The notes under the pieces were generated by a model, which had not been told where the DNA came from, did no database searches, and saw nothing but the letters and a program-made list of their open reading frames with translations. Of a stretch of DNA of 64,000 nucleotides, positions 27,721 through 38,251 are shown piece after piece. Numbering within the stretch: the stretch's first letter is position 1; each line of letters begins with the position of its first letter. The position numbers were made by a program, and so were the translations under genes. Source of the stretch: a virus; IMG/VR virus record IMGVR_UViG_3300038463_000730, positions 366,259 to 430,258 of that record. One strand, 5' to 3'.

Positions 27721-28716
27721 TCAGGCGCCTAACTTCTTTTGTGGACCGGTCTGTTCCATCTCTTCGAACTCCGACTCGCGGTCCATTACTCGCATGAATT
27801 GCTCAGGGTCCATGTTCGTAGCAATCTCGTCTCGAACTCGGACACGAGCCTTCTCCAATATGCTCGCAGACAACACTATCGAGCTATCCTCGCTAGCAAC
27901 GCTCTTCACGATGCTTACCAGGTCACCCTTTGTATTGGCCGCGTCGATCTCGACAGCACCAACCTTTTTGGCTTCGAACGCTCTTATCTTGCAGTATTTG
28001 GCGCAGTCTCGGTAATTCTTCAGCTTACGAGAGTGCTCGGCTTCGTAATCTGAATTCGTATTGCTGGAAACGATCAGAGCAATGATGAACGTTACCAACA
28101 CCGCAAGCCATCCCAGTCCTTCGAAAGACCAGCCTTTGGCTACGTGTAGAAAAGCCAGGATTGGAATGGAGGTAAGCCAAAGGCCGTACCAGATGATCTG
28201 TCTCACCTGATGCTCGATCTCGTAGCTCTCCTCTTCCTTATCTACGATGTCACTCGCGGCTCGGAACGAAGTCAATGCGGCGACTTCCAGCTCACGAACC
28301 ATGTTTCGCGCTTGTTCCCGTTGCTTCGCGGTCGGGGCAGCTCCAGCGATCTCCTTCTCGATCTCTTTCCGGATCTCCGCACGCTTCTCTAGAGTGAATG
28401 CTTTTTCAGCTTCCTCCCTTGTCTTTCCAGTAATGAGTTCGCGGATCTCTTGCATGAGTCCAGGTCTGATCTCTTCATCGACCTTCTTCTTCATGTCTTC
28501 CGCTTCGAGGACGACGTCCTTTCGAACATCTTCACGATACCGATTAAGTATCATGTTGACGAAGTTGCAGTAGTCCTCTTTGGACAAACGAAACCTATCA
28601 GCCTCGGCAACCTCCGACACCTTCATGTCGTTGACGTTGAGGTACCCGAATGGATTCGTTCGACCGCGCGGATAATTGGCCATGTTCCGTTTCTTCCTCG
28701 CCTTTGCCCTCGGCAC
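27721..28716 (-). CDS. hypothetical membrane protein
   Basis: Coiled-coil N-terminal half, two TM helices, C-terminal domain. Confidence 0.5.
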   Translation of the reverse strand: MPRAKARKKRNMANYPRGRTNPFGYLNVNDMKVSEVAEADRFRLSKEDYCNFVNMILNRYREDVRKDVVLEAEDMKKKVDEEIRPGLMQEIRELITGKTREEAEKAFTLEKRAEIRKEIEKEIAGAAPTAKQREQARNMVRELEVAALTSFRAASDIVDKEEESYEIEHQVRQIIWYGLWLTSIPILAFLHVAKGWSFEGLGWLAVLVTFIIALIVSSNTNSDYEAEHSRKLKNYRDCAKYCKIRAFEAKKVGAVEIDAANTKGDLVSIVKSVASEDSSIVLSASILEKARVRVRDEIATNMDPEQFMRVMDRESEFEEMEQTGPQKKLGA

Positions 28717-28873
28717 GGTTCTCAGAAATACACTGAGGAAACCGAAAACGCCAGAGCCTTTAGCTCGGAATCGAGAACGGACCCGCTATTTATTTTCGTT
28801 CGCTTGAAAGCAGCATGGTTGAATCGTTAGATCGAATCAGAGATCCTTACGGCTTCGTCCCAAAGTGGGTCCA

Positions 28874-30025
28874 TTACAGAACCTTGCAATGAGAAAGGAT
28901 TGTTTCCTGATTCCCATTGGAATTCTTATGCTCTTTGATTCGAGCCATCATATGATAGCCTTTACCGAGTTCAAGCCTTGACGTTGTCTTCCAGATTCCA
29001 ATGTTCCCGTTATCATCCCGGAGCCGATGAACGAAGGTCATTCCCCAAGCACTTTCGCTGTCGAAGATTTTTTCGACGGTCAAGAAAAAGTCAGCACGTT
29101 CCCCAACGACTCCGAAAAACTTTGAGTTCGTTGCCGGTCCGGTAGGCTCGGACATCATCTCTTTGCGGAAAGAGTAGATGATTGACGCAGCGTAACCTAG
29201 CGTACGCCATTCGACGCAACCGCTAAGCGCGATCGTTCGGATGTTGTGGATGAACTCACTCGCATCATCCGGGAGCCCCTCGGCCCACGTGATGGCTCGT
29301 TCCGCCTCCTCCTTGGCCTCAGGAGATGGTTCCTTCCTCAACTCGGCCCGGGGCTCGTTCATCGCTCCAAAGGCTACGTCAGCCGTTGCCTGGCCACCCT
29401 CTTCGCGGGCCCGTTTCCTCGGTACCCAGCCATACTCTCGAATCATCTCGACAACGAAGGCCAGGTAGTATTCGAGAGGCCATATCGAAGGAGAACCACT
29501 GAGAGATGGTAACGATTCGTAAGCCAGGGCAATGTCAGTAATGTCGGTAATCAACTCGGCTTGCAGAATTACTTTCTCCGGTGTGGCTCCGAAGAACTCT
29601 TGCATACAGTTTCGGCCTACTTGAACGAAACCATTCCTCGTCGAACCATTGTTACTGGTTGTATCCCGAAGAACAAACGTATCGATACGTTGTCTCTTGA
29701 CCTGGCAATGATCGCAGTCCGGATCAACGTTCCGATAAAAGTTCGGCAGATCGATTCCAGAGTAGTTCTTGATAACCGTTCCCTCGGGCAAATGAACCAG
29801 CTTCGCAACTAGTAACCATTTCCCTTCGGTTATGTCGGGCCAGGAAACATGGAACTTCTGAAACCGTTCGACTGTTTTCCCACCATTGGAACGTTCTGCA
29901 TAAGTGATTCCAGGTTTGACGGTCGGGAAAGCTAAGCCTTTCGACTCAGCTTTTTTCCGTAGCCGTTCTAATTTTTTTCGCAATGCGTCAAGGTTACGCT
30001 CGGGAATCAAAAACTCTTTATTCAT
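28874..30025 (-). CDS. hypothetical protein
   Basis: 383-aa ORF. Confidence 0.5.
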   Translation of the reverse strand: MNKEFLIPERNLDALRKKLERLRKKAESKGLAFPTVKPGITYAERSNGGKTVERFQKFHVSWPDITEGKWLLVAKLVHLPEGTVIKNYSGIDLPNFYRNVDPDCDHCQVKRQRIDTFVLRDTTSNNGSTRNGFVQVGRNCMQEFFGATPEKVILQAELITDITDIALAYESLPSLSGSPSIWPLEYYLAFVVEMIREYGWVPRKRAREEGGQATADVAFGAMNEPRAELRKEPSPEAKEEAERAITWAEGLPDDASEFIHNIRTIALSGCVEWRTLGYAASIIYSFRKEMMSEPTGPATNSKFFGVVGERADFFLTVEKIFDSESAWGMTFVHRLRDDNGNIGIWKTTSRLELGKGYHMMARIKEHKNSNGNQETILSHCKVL

Positions 30026-30154
30026 GCTCCGGATCCTAGAAGAGAGCCTAAGCTCTCCAATCTAAAGGTCTCGGACCACTGTAACGCACCCCACGACTTT
30101 AGGCAAGTGGAGTCAATGAAAATGATTCACCGCGTCAGTTTCAATGCGCAACTT

Positions 30155-30502
30155 TCATAACCGAGCTGCATTCGTCGGAGTATCGAAGGTGAGGTCACGT
30201 AGGTGCATCACCCACCTGCGCCCCTTTGGAGAAAGCTCAACGATACCGATCTCCGTCACGCCATGTTTGATCAGAAACTCTTTAGCTCGCGGCAACTCGG
30301 CCAATGCAGCATCGAGGGTATGATAGGTAATGAACTCCTCGACGTAGTCATAGCGAGGACCATACGCCCAGACTCCGTCATAGGCAATGACGTACTGAAC
30401 TTCGTTCGATGTCTTTGGAAAAATGGCATCAGAACAAAAATCATCCTCCCACTTCCGATCTGTCTCCCAAGCACGTCTCAAGTCAAGCATTTCATTTATC
30501 AT
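30155..30502 (-). CDS. hypothetical protein
   Basis: 115-aa ORF. Confidence 0.45.
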   Translation of the reverse strand: MINEMLDLRRAWETDRKWEDDFCSDAIFPKTSNEVQYVIAYDGVWAYGPRYDYVEEFITYHTLDAALAELPRAKEFLIKHGVTEIGIVELSPKGRRWVMHLRDLTFDTPTNAARL

Positions 30503-30515
30503 TGTTCGGTCCTAG

Positions 30516-30941
30516 TTAATGAAGATTGTTTCTAGTCTCGTTCCATTCATTTAATTCCTGAAGCGTCATTGCTTGAGGTTTAGCCAAACTAGCAACCACT
30601 TCTGGTTGTAGTTTTCGGAATAGAAAGGCGTAGTAGTAAGCAATGGCCAGGATCCCCAGAATGAAGAAGCCTTTGGCGTAAATCCTAAATCCATCGTCGA
30701 AGAAGAACTCTCCCGTCATCCATGTCGCGTTAGCGGCAATCCACATACAAATTGTAAAGTTATGGTATCGCTCGTGGATATCCGCCCAGTGCCGCCGAAG
30801 AATGTCAAATGCCACAATCAACGTCGGAACGATCATCGTCATCCCGAGAATGTGAAAGCCGCAACACCAACAGAAATCCTTTAGGATCCATAATCCAATG
30901 TGAGCGTTTTCATAAGCCCGTTGATTAGGAAAGAGTTTCAT
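30516..30941 (-). CDS. hypothetical membrane protein
   Basis: Four hydrophobic helices. Confidence 0.45.
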   Translation of the reverse strand: MKLFPNQRAYENAHIGLWILKDFCWCCGFHILGMTMIVPTLIVAFDILRRHWADIHERYHNFTICMWIAANATWMTGEFFFDDGFRIYAKGFFILGILAIAYYYAFLFRKLQPEVVASLAKPQAMTLQELNEWNETRNNLH

Positions 30942-31381
30942 TTTAGCAGATTGAACCTTTTCTTTGCTTTACGTCGGAGCTGCGTCGCTCCACAACTACA
31001 ACTATCAATTTCTCCATTAGGAACGCTATGACAAGCCCAATCATAGATGTCACATTGGGTATCGTGTGGATACTTCTTGATCAACATCTTGCTGATCTTC
31101 ATTTCAACCGGGGTTTGTTTCCGCTTAGTGCTCGGCGTCAACATCCAAGTTTTCATATCGTCTTCGAGATTATACCCAAAATGTTCACGTTCAAAATGAT
31201 GAGCAGCAGGAGTTCCCCATGTCTCGCGAAGCTCTCTGGCATAATCCATTGCCAATTTCTTTGTTCTTAAATAGGCAACCGGAGGCCCGTAGTGTACCGA
31301 TAGATACCCACGGCCTCCGGCTACCACATACCAGTCACCATCAATCCAGCATCGCAATACTGTCCAGACAGGGTGACTCAC
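30938..31381 (-). CDS. hypothetical protein
   Basis: 147-aa ORF. Confidence 0.45.
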   Translation of the reverse strand: MSHPVWTVLRCWIDGDWYVVAGGRGYLSVHYGPPVAYLRTKKLAMDYARELRETWGTPAAHHFEREHFGYNLEDDMKTWMLTPSTKRKQTPVEMKISKMLIKKYPHDTQCDIYDWACHSVPNGEIDSCSCGATQLRRKAKKRFNLLK

Positions 31382-31387
31382 TGAGCA

Positions 31388-32608
31388 CTACTTCGTCGGG
31401 CTAGGATTGACGTTCAGTTGGCGAGCTGATTGAATTGCGTACATTTCCAACATCTGCTTCATTGGATCTGCACCAACACCGTTGCTGCCACCACCAACAA
31501 CAACATCAGGCGTTTGACGCTGCTTGCTCAACGCATCAGCCATGGCTTGCTGTGCTTTCAACCAGTAATCCAATTTGAGTGCAAGCTGCCCGTCTGCACT
31601 CATAACGAGCTTCTTTGCCTCGGCCTGACCTTGCGCTGTCGTAATGTCGTTCTCCTTGTCGAGCTTTGCTGTTTCAAGTTCGAGCTTGGCGACTTCGACC
31701 TTCTGTTGGGCCTCCGTAACCGCCTTCGCCTTGATTACGTCCTGCTCGCCCTTTGACTTGGCAATCTCGGCTTCGTACTGTTTGGCAACCGTGATTGCGT
31801 TCTGCTCGGCCTTCTTTGCGTCAACCATGGCTTGCTGAACGGCATTGACCGCGGCTTGCTGGTTCTTGATCTGCTCCTCGACAGCCGGATCGTAATCAAC
31901 TCCGTTGATCGTAATGTTGTATGCCGTGACACCGAAACGATCGATCGGGCTCTCCTCTTCACGAAGAATACCGTTCGGTCCCTCGCCAAGTTTCGGCTCC
32001 GTGATATCGACTGTCTTCTCCTGGCCCGAGACCGGATCGACTGTCTTGATCGGCTTTCGATCGGTTTTGTAAACGCCCTTCATGATCTGATCCTGAATGA
32101 AGTTGATCAGATCGGCACGCTTCTCGGCATACGATTCACGCGAGGACATGAGCGGGCCGGTCATGAAGACCGACTTGTTCACAACCTGGCGAATCAACTC
32201 GTGATCGATCGCTTGCATTGACCCGTATGTTGAGTGCAGAGCAAGCATCTTCGCCGGGTCCAACGGAAGGTTGTACCGGAGTGAGCCCGAAACATTCCCG
32301 TGCCCTCCGTCATTGAAACGGACCTTGATGCTGTCGTCCGTATCTTTGCCCTCATCTTTATGGGCGCTGAACCAGTATTGCGCTGATTTCTTGTAGCGTG
32401 TGACGTGACCGTTCCAGAGCATGTGAACGCCCGGATCACCCCAAACCTGAAGCTGTCCATCCATTGCATTCTGCTTGACTACGATCTCATCTGCTCCAAC
32501 CGTTGTGAACGAGCTGAAGACGAAGAAACAGCAGAAGATGATTCCTACGACGACCACAACAATCTTGACTCCAAGCTTAACCAAATCCGCATCCGATTTG
32601 TCTGACAT
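31388..32608 (-). CDS. SPFH / band-7 (prohibitin/HflKC-like) membrane protein
   Basis: N-terminal TM helix, SPFH core, and a long Ala/Glu/Lys/Gln-rich coiled coil typical of HflK/C. Confidence 0.65.
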   Translation of the reverse strand: MSDKSDADLVKLGVKIVVVVVGIIFCCFFVFSSFTTVGADEIVVKQNAMDGQLQVWGDPGVHMLWNGHVTRYKKSAQYWFSAHKDEGKDTDDSIKVRFNDGGHGNVSGSLRYNLPLDPAKMLALHSTYGSMQAIDHELIRQVVNKSVFMTGPLMSSRESYAEKRADLINFIQDQIMKGVYKTDRKPIKTVDPVSGQEKTVDITEPKLGEGPNGILREEESPIDRFGVTAYNITINGVDYDPAVEEQIKNQQAAVNAVQQAMVDAKKAEQNAITVAKQYEAEIAKSKGEQDVIKAKAVTEAQQKVEVAKLELETAKLDKENDITTAQGQAEAKKLVMSADGQLALKLDYWLKAQQAMADALSKQRQTPDVVVGGGSNGVGADPMKQMLEMYAIQSARQLNVNPSPTK

Positions 32609-32611
32609 GAC

Positions 32612-32917
32612 CTATTTCACTCTCTTGTTCGAGTTCGCTGGGAACTCTGTATCTAATTCGTTGAGTGCTTCGTCGTATAGTTTGTTATAGTTCTTTTCAG
32701 CCTCCTTATTCAGGCGGTCAGCTTCAAGCTCCGCTTCGGATAGTCGGACTCGTTTCCTCGCTTCTGCGATCACTTCAGCAGCAGGATCTTTTGGCTTCAA
32801 CTTATTCCACAGTACAGTGAAGAATTTGACGCCAAGTATTACGACTAATCCTCCTCCGCCAAAAAGCAGGATTGCAGCTAAGAGTTCTTCAAAAGCGGGC
32901 ATTGTTTTTTGACTCAC
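32612..32917 (-). CDS. small membrane protein
   Basis: One TM helix plus a charged coiled-coil tail, immediately upstream of the SPFH gene. Confidence 0.4.
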   Translation of the reverse strand: MSQKTMPAFEELLAAILLFGGGGLVVILGVKFFTVLWNKLKPKDPAAEVIAEARKRVRLSEAELEADRLNKEAEKNYNKLYDEALNELDTEFPANSNKRVK

Positions 32918-34089
32918 GGTTTAGCGAGATTGTATCCTTCACCAACTAGCTTGACTTGCATCCGGCTATCCAAGCGAGGTTCATAACGTTCTTTGACCGT
33001 GTTGAGAACCCAGCCTTCGCGAAGGTGCTTACCGCCAATCGTGGTCATACCTTCTGCCAACGGATACATCTCCTCCTTACCGAGCCACGGTCCCCGATAA
33101 AGCTCGGGCACCGGATCCAACCCGGCAGCCCGTATCATAGCGACCTTGTCGTCGTAATCCAAGTAACGTTTCGTGGATTCGTTGAAGACGTCAAAGACGA
33201 ACAACTTCGTTTGCAAAGCTCCGTTCAAGACAGTTGCTTCGTAACGAAATCCTTTGACTTGTCCTACAACTTCTCCGAAGAAGACCATCATCGGAAATTG
33301 CTGGAGTTTGTTTTCCAGATCGTAACGAATCGCTATGTCCCACCACATATCGTCTTCGTCACGCTTCTTGTAGTAATTCCTGCTCTTAACCCAGAGCTGG
33401 GTACCGTCATGGCAAAAAGCTGCGTTCGAACCATGAAGCTTTTCCGTGAGGACAACCTCTTCTTTCTCCTGAAGACAGAGAAGGTATTTCCTCACGCCAT
33501 CGATGTCGTAGTGCGGGATAGTCCAGCCTTTTGGCGGCGAAGCTTGATTCGCACCTTTGGTCTTCTTCGCACCAGGAAGATTATCCTCTTCCTCTTCTTC
33601 GTGTTTCTTTAGCCAGAGCGCGTCAACGATCTGATCACCAACGCTCCATGGAACATTAATGGTCTCGGCAGAGAGGCTTGCCAATCCTTCTGGCGGCAAG
33701 ACACTTTGTTTCAGAATTGACTTCGCCGGAAGCAAAGTCAGCGGCATCAACATTCCTTGGGAATAAGTCCCACGAATGCGCTTCGCCTTGATGACCCGGT
33801 ATTTTTCCGGGACCGATCCAACGGTATACTTAGGACCCAAACGGCGAGTCTTTAGCTCACCATTCTCCTCGTATTTCTCGTGGATGGCGGGACAAAGAAA
33901 GTAGAACGGATCCGTATCCGGAACGATCGAATCGATCGGAATATAGCAAACCAGATCCCCAACTCGGTACTCGTCCCGCTTAACGATGACGGGGTAGTCC
34001 GTGAGAACGGTAGCAATATCCAGAACATCCGCATCAGGATGCTTACGGATCGACTCGATCACAACGACCTGAGGTTGCCAGTCAGACAT
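32914..34089 (-). CDS. ATP-dependent RNA ligase (Rnl2/Rnl5-like) with an N-terminal extra domain
   Basis: EKLHGSNAAF is nucleotidyltransferase motif I (KxHGxN). FFGEVVG is likely motif IV, and the C-terminal KLVGEGY a probable motif V. Confidence 0.65.
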   Translation of the reverse strand: MSDWQPQVVVIESIRKHPDADVLDIATVLTDYPVIVKRDEYRVGDLVCYIPIDSIVPDTDPFYFLCPAIHEKYEENGELKTRRLGPKYTVGSVPEKYRVIKAKRIRGTYSQGMLMPLTLLPAKSILKQSVLPPEGLASLSAETINVPWSVGDQIVDALWLKKHEEEEEDNLPGAKKTKGANQASPPKGWTIPHYDIDGVRKYLLCLQEKEEVVLTEKLHGSNAAFCHDGTQLWVKSRNYYKKRDEDDMWWDIAIRYDLENKLQQFPMMVFFGEVVGQVKGFRYEATVLNGALQTKLFVFDVFNESTKRYLDYDDKVAMIRAAGLDPVPELYRGPWLGKEEMYPLAEGMTTIGGKHLREGWVLNTVKERYEPRLDSRMQVKLVGEGYNLAKP

Positions 34090-34136
34090 GCCCCGGAGGG
34101 CATGGTCACTTTACTGAACTCGACATCTGGAAGGGT

Positions 34137-34394
34137 TCAGAGGATTTCCGTCACCTTGATATCGATTTGGATTTGATATTTACCCTGCTGGTACTTCGAT
34201 GAAAGATGATGTTCTCTGTTGAAAACTTTCTCATCGTTCCCTAGCACACTTACTTCCATTTCCGGCTCAATCCATTTGTGAAGACCGCGGCCCCAAGTCT
34301 TCAGCAATCGAACTAGATCTGAAATCGGATCATTTTCCGCGGATGACCGGCTTAACTCGTTTTTTGATCGTTGAGACGTAGACTTCGATGTCAC
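34137..34394 (-). CDS. hypothetical protein
   Basis: 85-aa ORF. Confidence 0.35.
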   Translation of the reverse strand: MTSKSTSQRSKNELSRSSAENDPISDLVRLLKTWGRGLHKWIEPEMEVSVLGNDEKVFNREHHLSSKYQQGKYQIQIDIKVTEIL

Positions 34395-34481
34395 GAGAAC
34401 CCCTCTTTCGAATCTTGTACTGCTGGCCCGGAAACTTCACCGCATTCGTATCAAACTGATTTTGCATTCTTTGTTCTGAAT

Positions 34482-34829
34482 TTAGAGGAACGTCACGAGG
34501 CGATTGAATTCGGTAGAGATTTGTAGCGATAGCACATCGAGTTCATCAGACGTCATTGACTTCGACTTCAAGTCCAGTGTGAAGACGCAGCTTTGGGATT
34601 GACGTCGGTTTTGGCTTATGTTGATGCAGAACGGCCAAACGTACGTGTCACCGAAATCATTGCAGTGATTCTTGCGCGATTCCAAGATGAGTTGGTTCGC
34701 TATCTCTTTCGGCGAGCCACCGTAGAGCCCATTCGCAATTACGTACCCTGCTTCACATTTTTCAATGTAGTACGTTGACGGGCCGTAAAGCCCAGGAGTT
34801 ACGTAGTACGCGCCAGGAATATTCGCCAT
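34482..34829 (-). CDS. hypothetical protein
   Basis: 115-aa ORF. Confidence 0.4.
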   Translation of the reverse strand: MANIPGAYYVTPGLYGPSTYYIEKCEAGYVIANGLYGGSPKEIANQLILESRKNHCNDFGDTYVWPFCINISQNRRQSQSCVFTLDLKSKSMTSDELDVLSLQISTEFNRLVTFL

Positions 34830-34932
34830 ACCGCTTCATATATCGAAGCCCCAGCGTTCGTTTTATCAGCGTTAGCGCGGCTCGGCGGCAGCCCGAGACC
34901 ATGCCACATTCCGAGCTTCTTGCCAAATAGTT

Positions 34933-35664
34933 TCAGGTCTGAACGATGACGTCGAACATTTTTGTTCGATCATTAGCGTACAAAAGTGTAGCGGCCATCG
35001 TTCGATGGTATCCATCAATCACGAAGTATTTGCCTTTGTATTCGTAATAAATACCAATCGGAATGTCGTAGTTAGCCATTGCTTTGGCGTACGAACCAAC
35101 GACATCTGTATCGATTCGTTTCGAATAATCCTGGTTTGGATAGATCAGATCGCCAGGGCTGACTCTTTTTATTACGAAATCATTTGCTTGCTTTACGCGA
35201 TCAATCAGGAAACCGTATTCGTTCATGAGAACGAATTCTATCTGGGCTTTAGACGAAAGATCCCAAATCTTGTTGATTTGTTCACCGAGTAGCGAACTAC
35301 TACCGCAATCAACCGAATCCAACTCTTCGCCATAGTATCCCATCGAAACGTTCGGATGCCATCGATCCTCGTCCCAAAGTTTTGCATTGGTTACGAGCCG
35401 GTCAATGCAGTAGCCAAGGATCGGATCCTTCACTCCAGTGCGAATCGATGCAGAAATAGATGGTACGTCAATGCTACTGATTCTAAAGTTAACGATATGA
35501 CAATTACGATGATAATCGTCAGTATTGCAACCTGAACAGTCCTTGTCGTAATCGTAGTTTAGCCCACTCCAATAACGAGTGGAGAGGGCGGCGATAACTT
35601 CCCTGCGAAGATCTTTGACTGGCTTCGGCGGTCTTGCCGTTGGCTTTCGTTTCATCCCGGCCAA
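34933..35664 (-). CDS. hypothetical protein
   Basis: 243-aa ORF. Confidence 0.5.
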   Translation of the reverse strand: MAGMKRKPTARPPKPVKDLRREVIAALSTRYWSGLNYDYDKDCSGCNTDDYHRNCHIVNFRISSIDVPSISASIRTGVKDPILGYCIDRLVTNAKLWDEDRWHPNVSMGYYGEELDSVDCGSSSLLGEQINKIWDLSSKAQIEFVLMNEYGFLIDRVKQANDFVIKRVSPGDLIYPNQDYSKRIDTDVVGSYAKAMANYDIPIGIYYEYKGKYFVIDGYHRTMAATLLYANDRTKMFDVIVQT

Positions 35665-35696
35665 CAGGGATCGTTACCGATCCTATCGTCACGGCC

Positions 35697-36524
35697 TCAG
35701 CTACGCATTTTGTTCAGAACATCAATGAATGACTGATCGCCACCCTTCTCTCGAATGTGGCCGATTATCCTGACAATATGTTCGCCAGTCGTTGTCCGGA
35801 ACGAATCGCGCTTTTGTTTCTGAAACAGTTCCAACGCTCGCTTATCTTGGAACGACATCAATGCCAGGATTCCGTTGTAGGACGGAACGTAGGTCTTTTC
35901 CCTGTCGCTCTCGATAAGCCCGAGAGTAATCTCGTAGACTCGATCACGGATCTTTTGAGCTCGGTCCTGGTCATCCCAATACGGGACAGACCAATTGAAT
36001 GAGCATTGGAGAACGACTTGCTTGACCGTCAGGTCATCTGTATCGGCCAACGTCAGAAGAAGGTCAGGATTGAAGTCTCCAAGCCAGGCATAAGCTCGGA
36101 CCACGGCCCAAGCTTCCGGTGCTTTGTCTTCGACCGTTAGGCGAGCGTAATGAAACAGGATCTCGTTAACCCGTTTGCTTAAAACTGGATCCACCGGTTT
36201 CATCAATTCGCACTGAAGAATCAGCTGATATGTTTCGTTGCCATACGAAACACCGAGGGATTTCTCCAGTTCTTCAAGCAATAGCTTTTGTCGTTCCGAT
36301 TCACGCCCGACGTAAGCGAGCCAGCTGATTTCCCGAAGCTTTGGACTCAGGTGTTTGTAATGCCCGAGCGAAGGGCACATACCGCAAACCGCTGGGTCAG
36401 CCTGATCGATCGCTTTGCTGAACTCTTCGAGAGTGCAGTTCTCTTCTGGAAAATTATTGTGCTCATCAGGCATTAGGCCACCTTGCACATGCCTTTTCCA
36501 GGCTTGATTTCGAGCCCGGGGCAT
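35697..36524 (-). CDS. hypothetical protein
   Basis: 275-aa ORF. Confidence 0.5.
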   Translation of the reverse strand: MPRARNQAWKRHVQGGLMPDEHNNFPEENCTLEEFSKAIDQADPAVCGMCPSLGHYKHLSPKLREISWLAYVGRESERQKLLLEELEKSLGVSYGNETYQLILQCELMKPVDPVLSKRVNEILFHYARLTVEDKAPEAWAVVRAYAWLGDFNPDLLLTLADTDDLTVKQVVLQCSFNWSVPYWDDQDRAQKIRDRVYEITLGLIESDREKTYVPSYNGILALMSFQDKRALELFQKQKRDSFRTTTGEHIVRIIGHIREKGGDQSFIDVLNKMRS

Positions 36525-36724
36525 TGGTCAAGGAAGACCTTGACGATTGGGTAAACTTGACCGTAATCCATCGTCACTCCAGCCTTTTTGATGGCGTTCG
36601 TGATCAGGTCGCGAACCGTTGACTTGTCGCCAACCTTCATGGCCTCGACTTCATCGGCGGCTGCCTGGACGAGTTTCGTGATGACTTCCAATGACTTCTG
36701 AAGGTGTTCGGCTCTGGTGCTCAT
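36473..36724 (-). CDS. hypothetical protein
   Basis: 83-aa ORF. Confidence 0.35.
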   Translation of the reverse strand: MSTRAEHLQKSLEVITKLVQAAADEVEAMKVGDKSTVRDLITNAIKKAGVTMDYGQVYPIVKVFLDQCPGLEIKPGKGMCKVA

Positions 36725-37031
36725 AGCTCACATCCTAAGTCAAGTGGTCCAATGTGTCAAGCCTTTTCGCCCACCTCGCAAACCCCAAAACATTTACGAG
36801 AATGAGCGAAAAGATCTGGACTGACACCGGCTTACTCTAAGACGCGATACTTAGTATTCCGTATCAGTAGTAAGTAAATAGTAATGATCTCTTTCGAATC
36901 TAAATCATACTTGATATGTTTCAAGCGCCAACCTTTCTTGGCATACTTGTTTAGTTCTTCGTTAATATACCTACTGATCCGGTCCTGTCCATATGACGCG
37001 GATATGCTACAGTGATGATACTCGTAGGCCA

Positions 37032-37739
37032 TTACCGCTTGTGACTAAAGGTCACATTCAAATTCGCCACGACCTCGGCTTCACCCGCCTCGATCTTAAT
37101 CGGCGACCCTCCACCCAAGGTTTTTGCCATCGGCGCCGCTTGAGCCATTGCGTATCCACGAGACTCGGCATGATCACGACGACGACCCTGCGACTCATCG
37201 TAACGAACGCTCCAAGCCGAAACCTCGTAGTTCTGATGAACCTTCCCCAGAACATCACACTCATTCGCGAAACGAACCGAGGCACGAGCAAAAGCATTCT
37301 TCAACGCTTCCTTATGCAAACCGTCGAGGTTGCGGACCTTGAACTCCGGCTCTTCAACCGCAAGCCCATCGATCGGCAACGATGACAACCGGTCATGCGC
37401 CACGCTGACCAAATCAACGTTCGTCACGGTGAAGTTAAGAGTGTAGGTCGCGGTATATCCACGAGTCTCCTGCTTCTCTTTCTTATCGTTCCAAACGCGA
37501 TTCGGAGCCGTACGTGTTCCGCCCTTGCGAGTCTCGGCCTCAATCTTCACACCATCCTTCTCAGTCAGGACACGAATCATTTCATCGAGAGCATGAACGG
37601 CCTTGCCAAGCTTCTCCTTGGCTTCCGGACCTGTCTTGCCTTCCGACTGCACCACGACAGTAAACTGGGCAAGATCGTAATCCGCCAACGCAACACCAGC
37701 AACGTTCACATTTGTAACGATCGAATTGTGATCACTCAT
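37032..37739 (-). CDS. SIMPL/DUF541-like protein
   Basis: VAGVALADYDLAQFTVVVQSEGKTGPEA…VKIEAETR matches the SIMPL pattern (V.G.G.v..PD.a...v.v…I.T). Confidence 0.45.
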   Translation of the reverse strand: MSDHNSIVTNVNVAGVALADYDLAQFTVVVQSEGKTGPEAKEKLGKAVHALDEMIRVLTEKDGVKIEAETRKGGTRTAPNRVWNDKKEKQETRGYTATYTLNFTVTNVDLVSVAHDRLSSLPIDGLAVEEPEFKVRNLDGLHKEALKNAFARASVRFANECDVLGKVHQNYEVSAWSVRYDESQGRRRDHAESRGYAMAQAAPMAKTLGGGSPIKIEAGEAEVVANLNVTFSHKR

Positions 37740-37762
37740 TGATAATCTCCTGATGTATCTAA

Positions 37763-38251
37763 CTAAAGAAAAGCTCTGAATTTTTCATGAGTAACCAAGT
37801 CTTTTGGTTTGATACCAAAAGCCCTGATTATGTCTAGTAGCACGTCTTTGATATTGTTGTTCGCATCTCGACTCGACTCCTCGTTGAACTCCGTTCCCAT
37901 TCCTCCGTTCTGTTCTTCCCCGGATAAACATGAGACAGCAAAAGCTAACCGTTGGTGAAGGCGAGCAATACGGTTGGATGAATAATGCCCACCACCACAA
38001 AACAGTTTGTCCTTAGCGAACTCATTCACCTTGCAATATCGACTCTTCCGAATCGAATAATACAGTTCTCTATCTGCGCCAGCTGCTTCAATCAGCGGCG
38101 CCGTTAATACTGCTTGTGTTGATCCATAACCTAATAGATCGGTCGAACCCAAATCTTCTTCGACGTAATTGGAATACAAACACTTAAGAAGGAAAATAAT
38201 TTGGTCCACTCGAAAATGACGTTGCAAGTCTTCTTTGATTGTCTTCATCAT
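37763..38251 (-). CDS. hypothetical protein
   Basis: 162-aa ORF. Confidence 0.45.
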   Translation of the reverse strand: MMKTIKEDLQRHFRVDQIIFLLKCLYSNYVEEDLGSTDLLGYGSTQAVLTAPLIEAAGADRELYYSIRKSRYCKVNEFAKDKLFCGGGHYSSNRIARLHQRLAFAVSCLSGEEQNGGMGTEFNEESSRDANNNIKDVLLDIIRAFGIKPKDLVTHEKFRAFL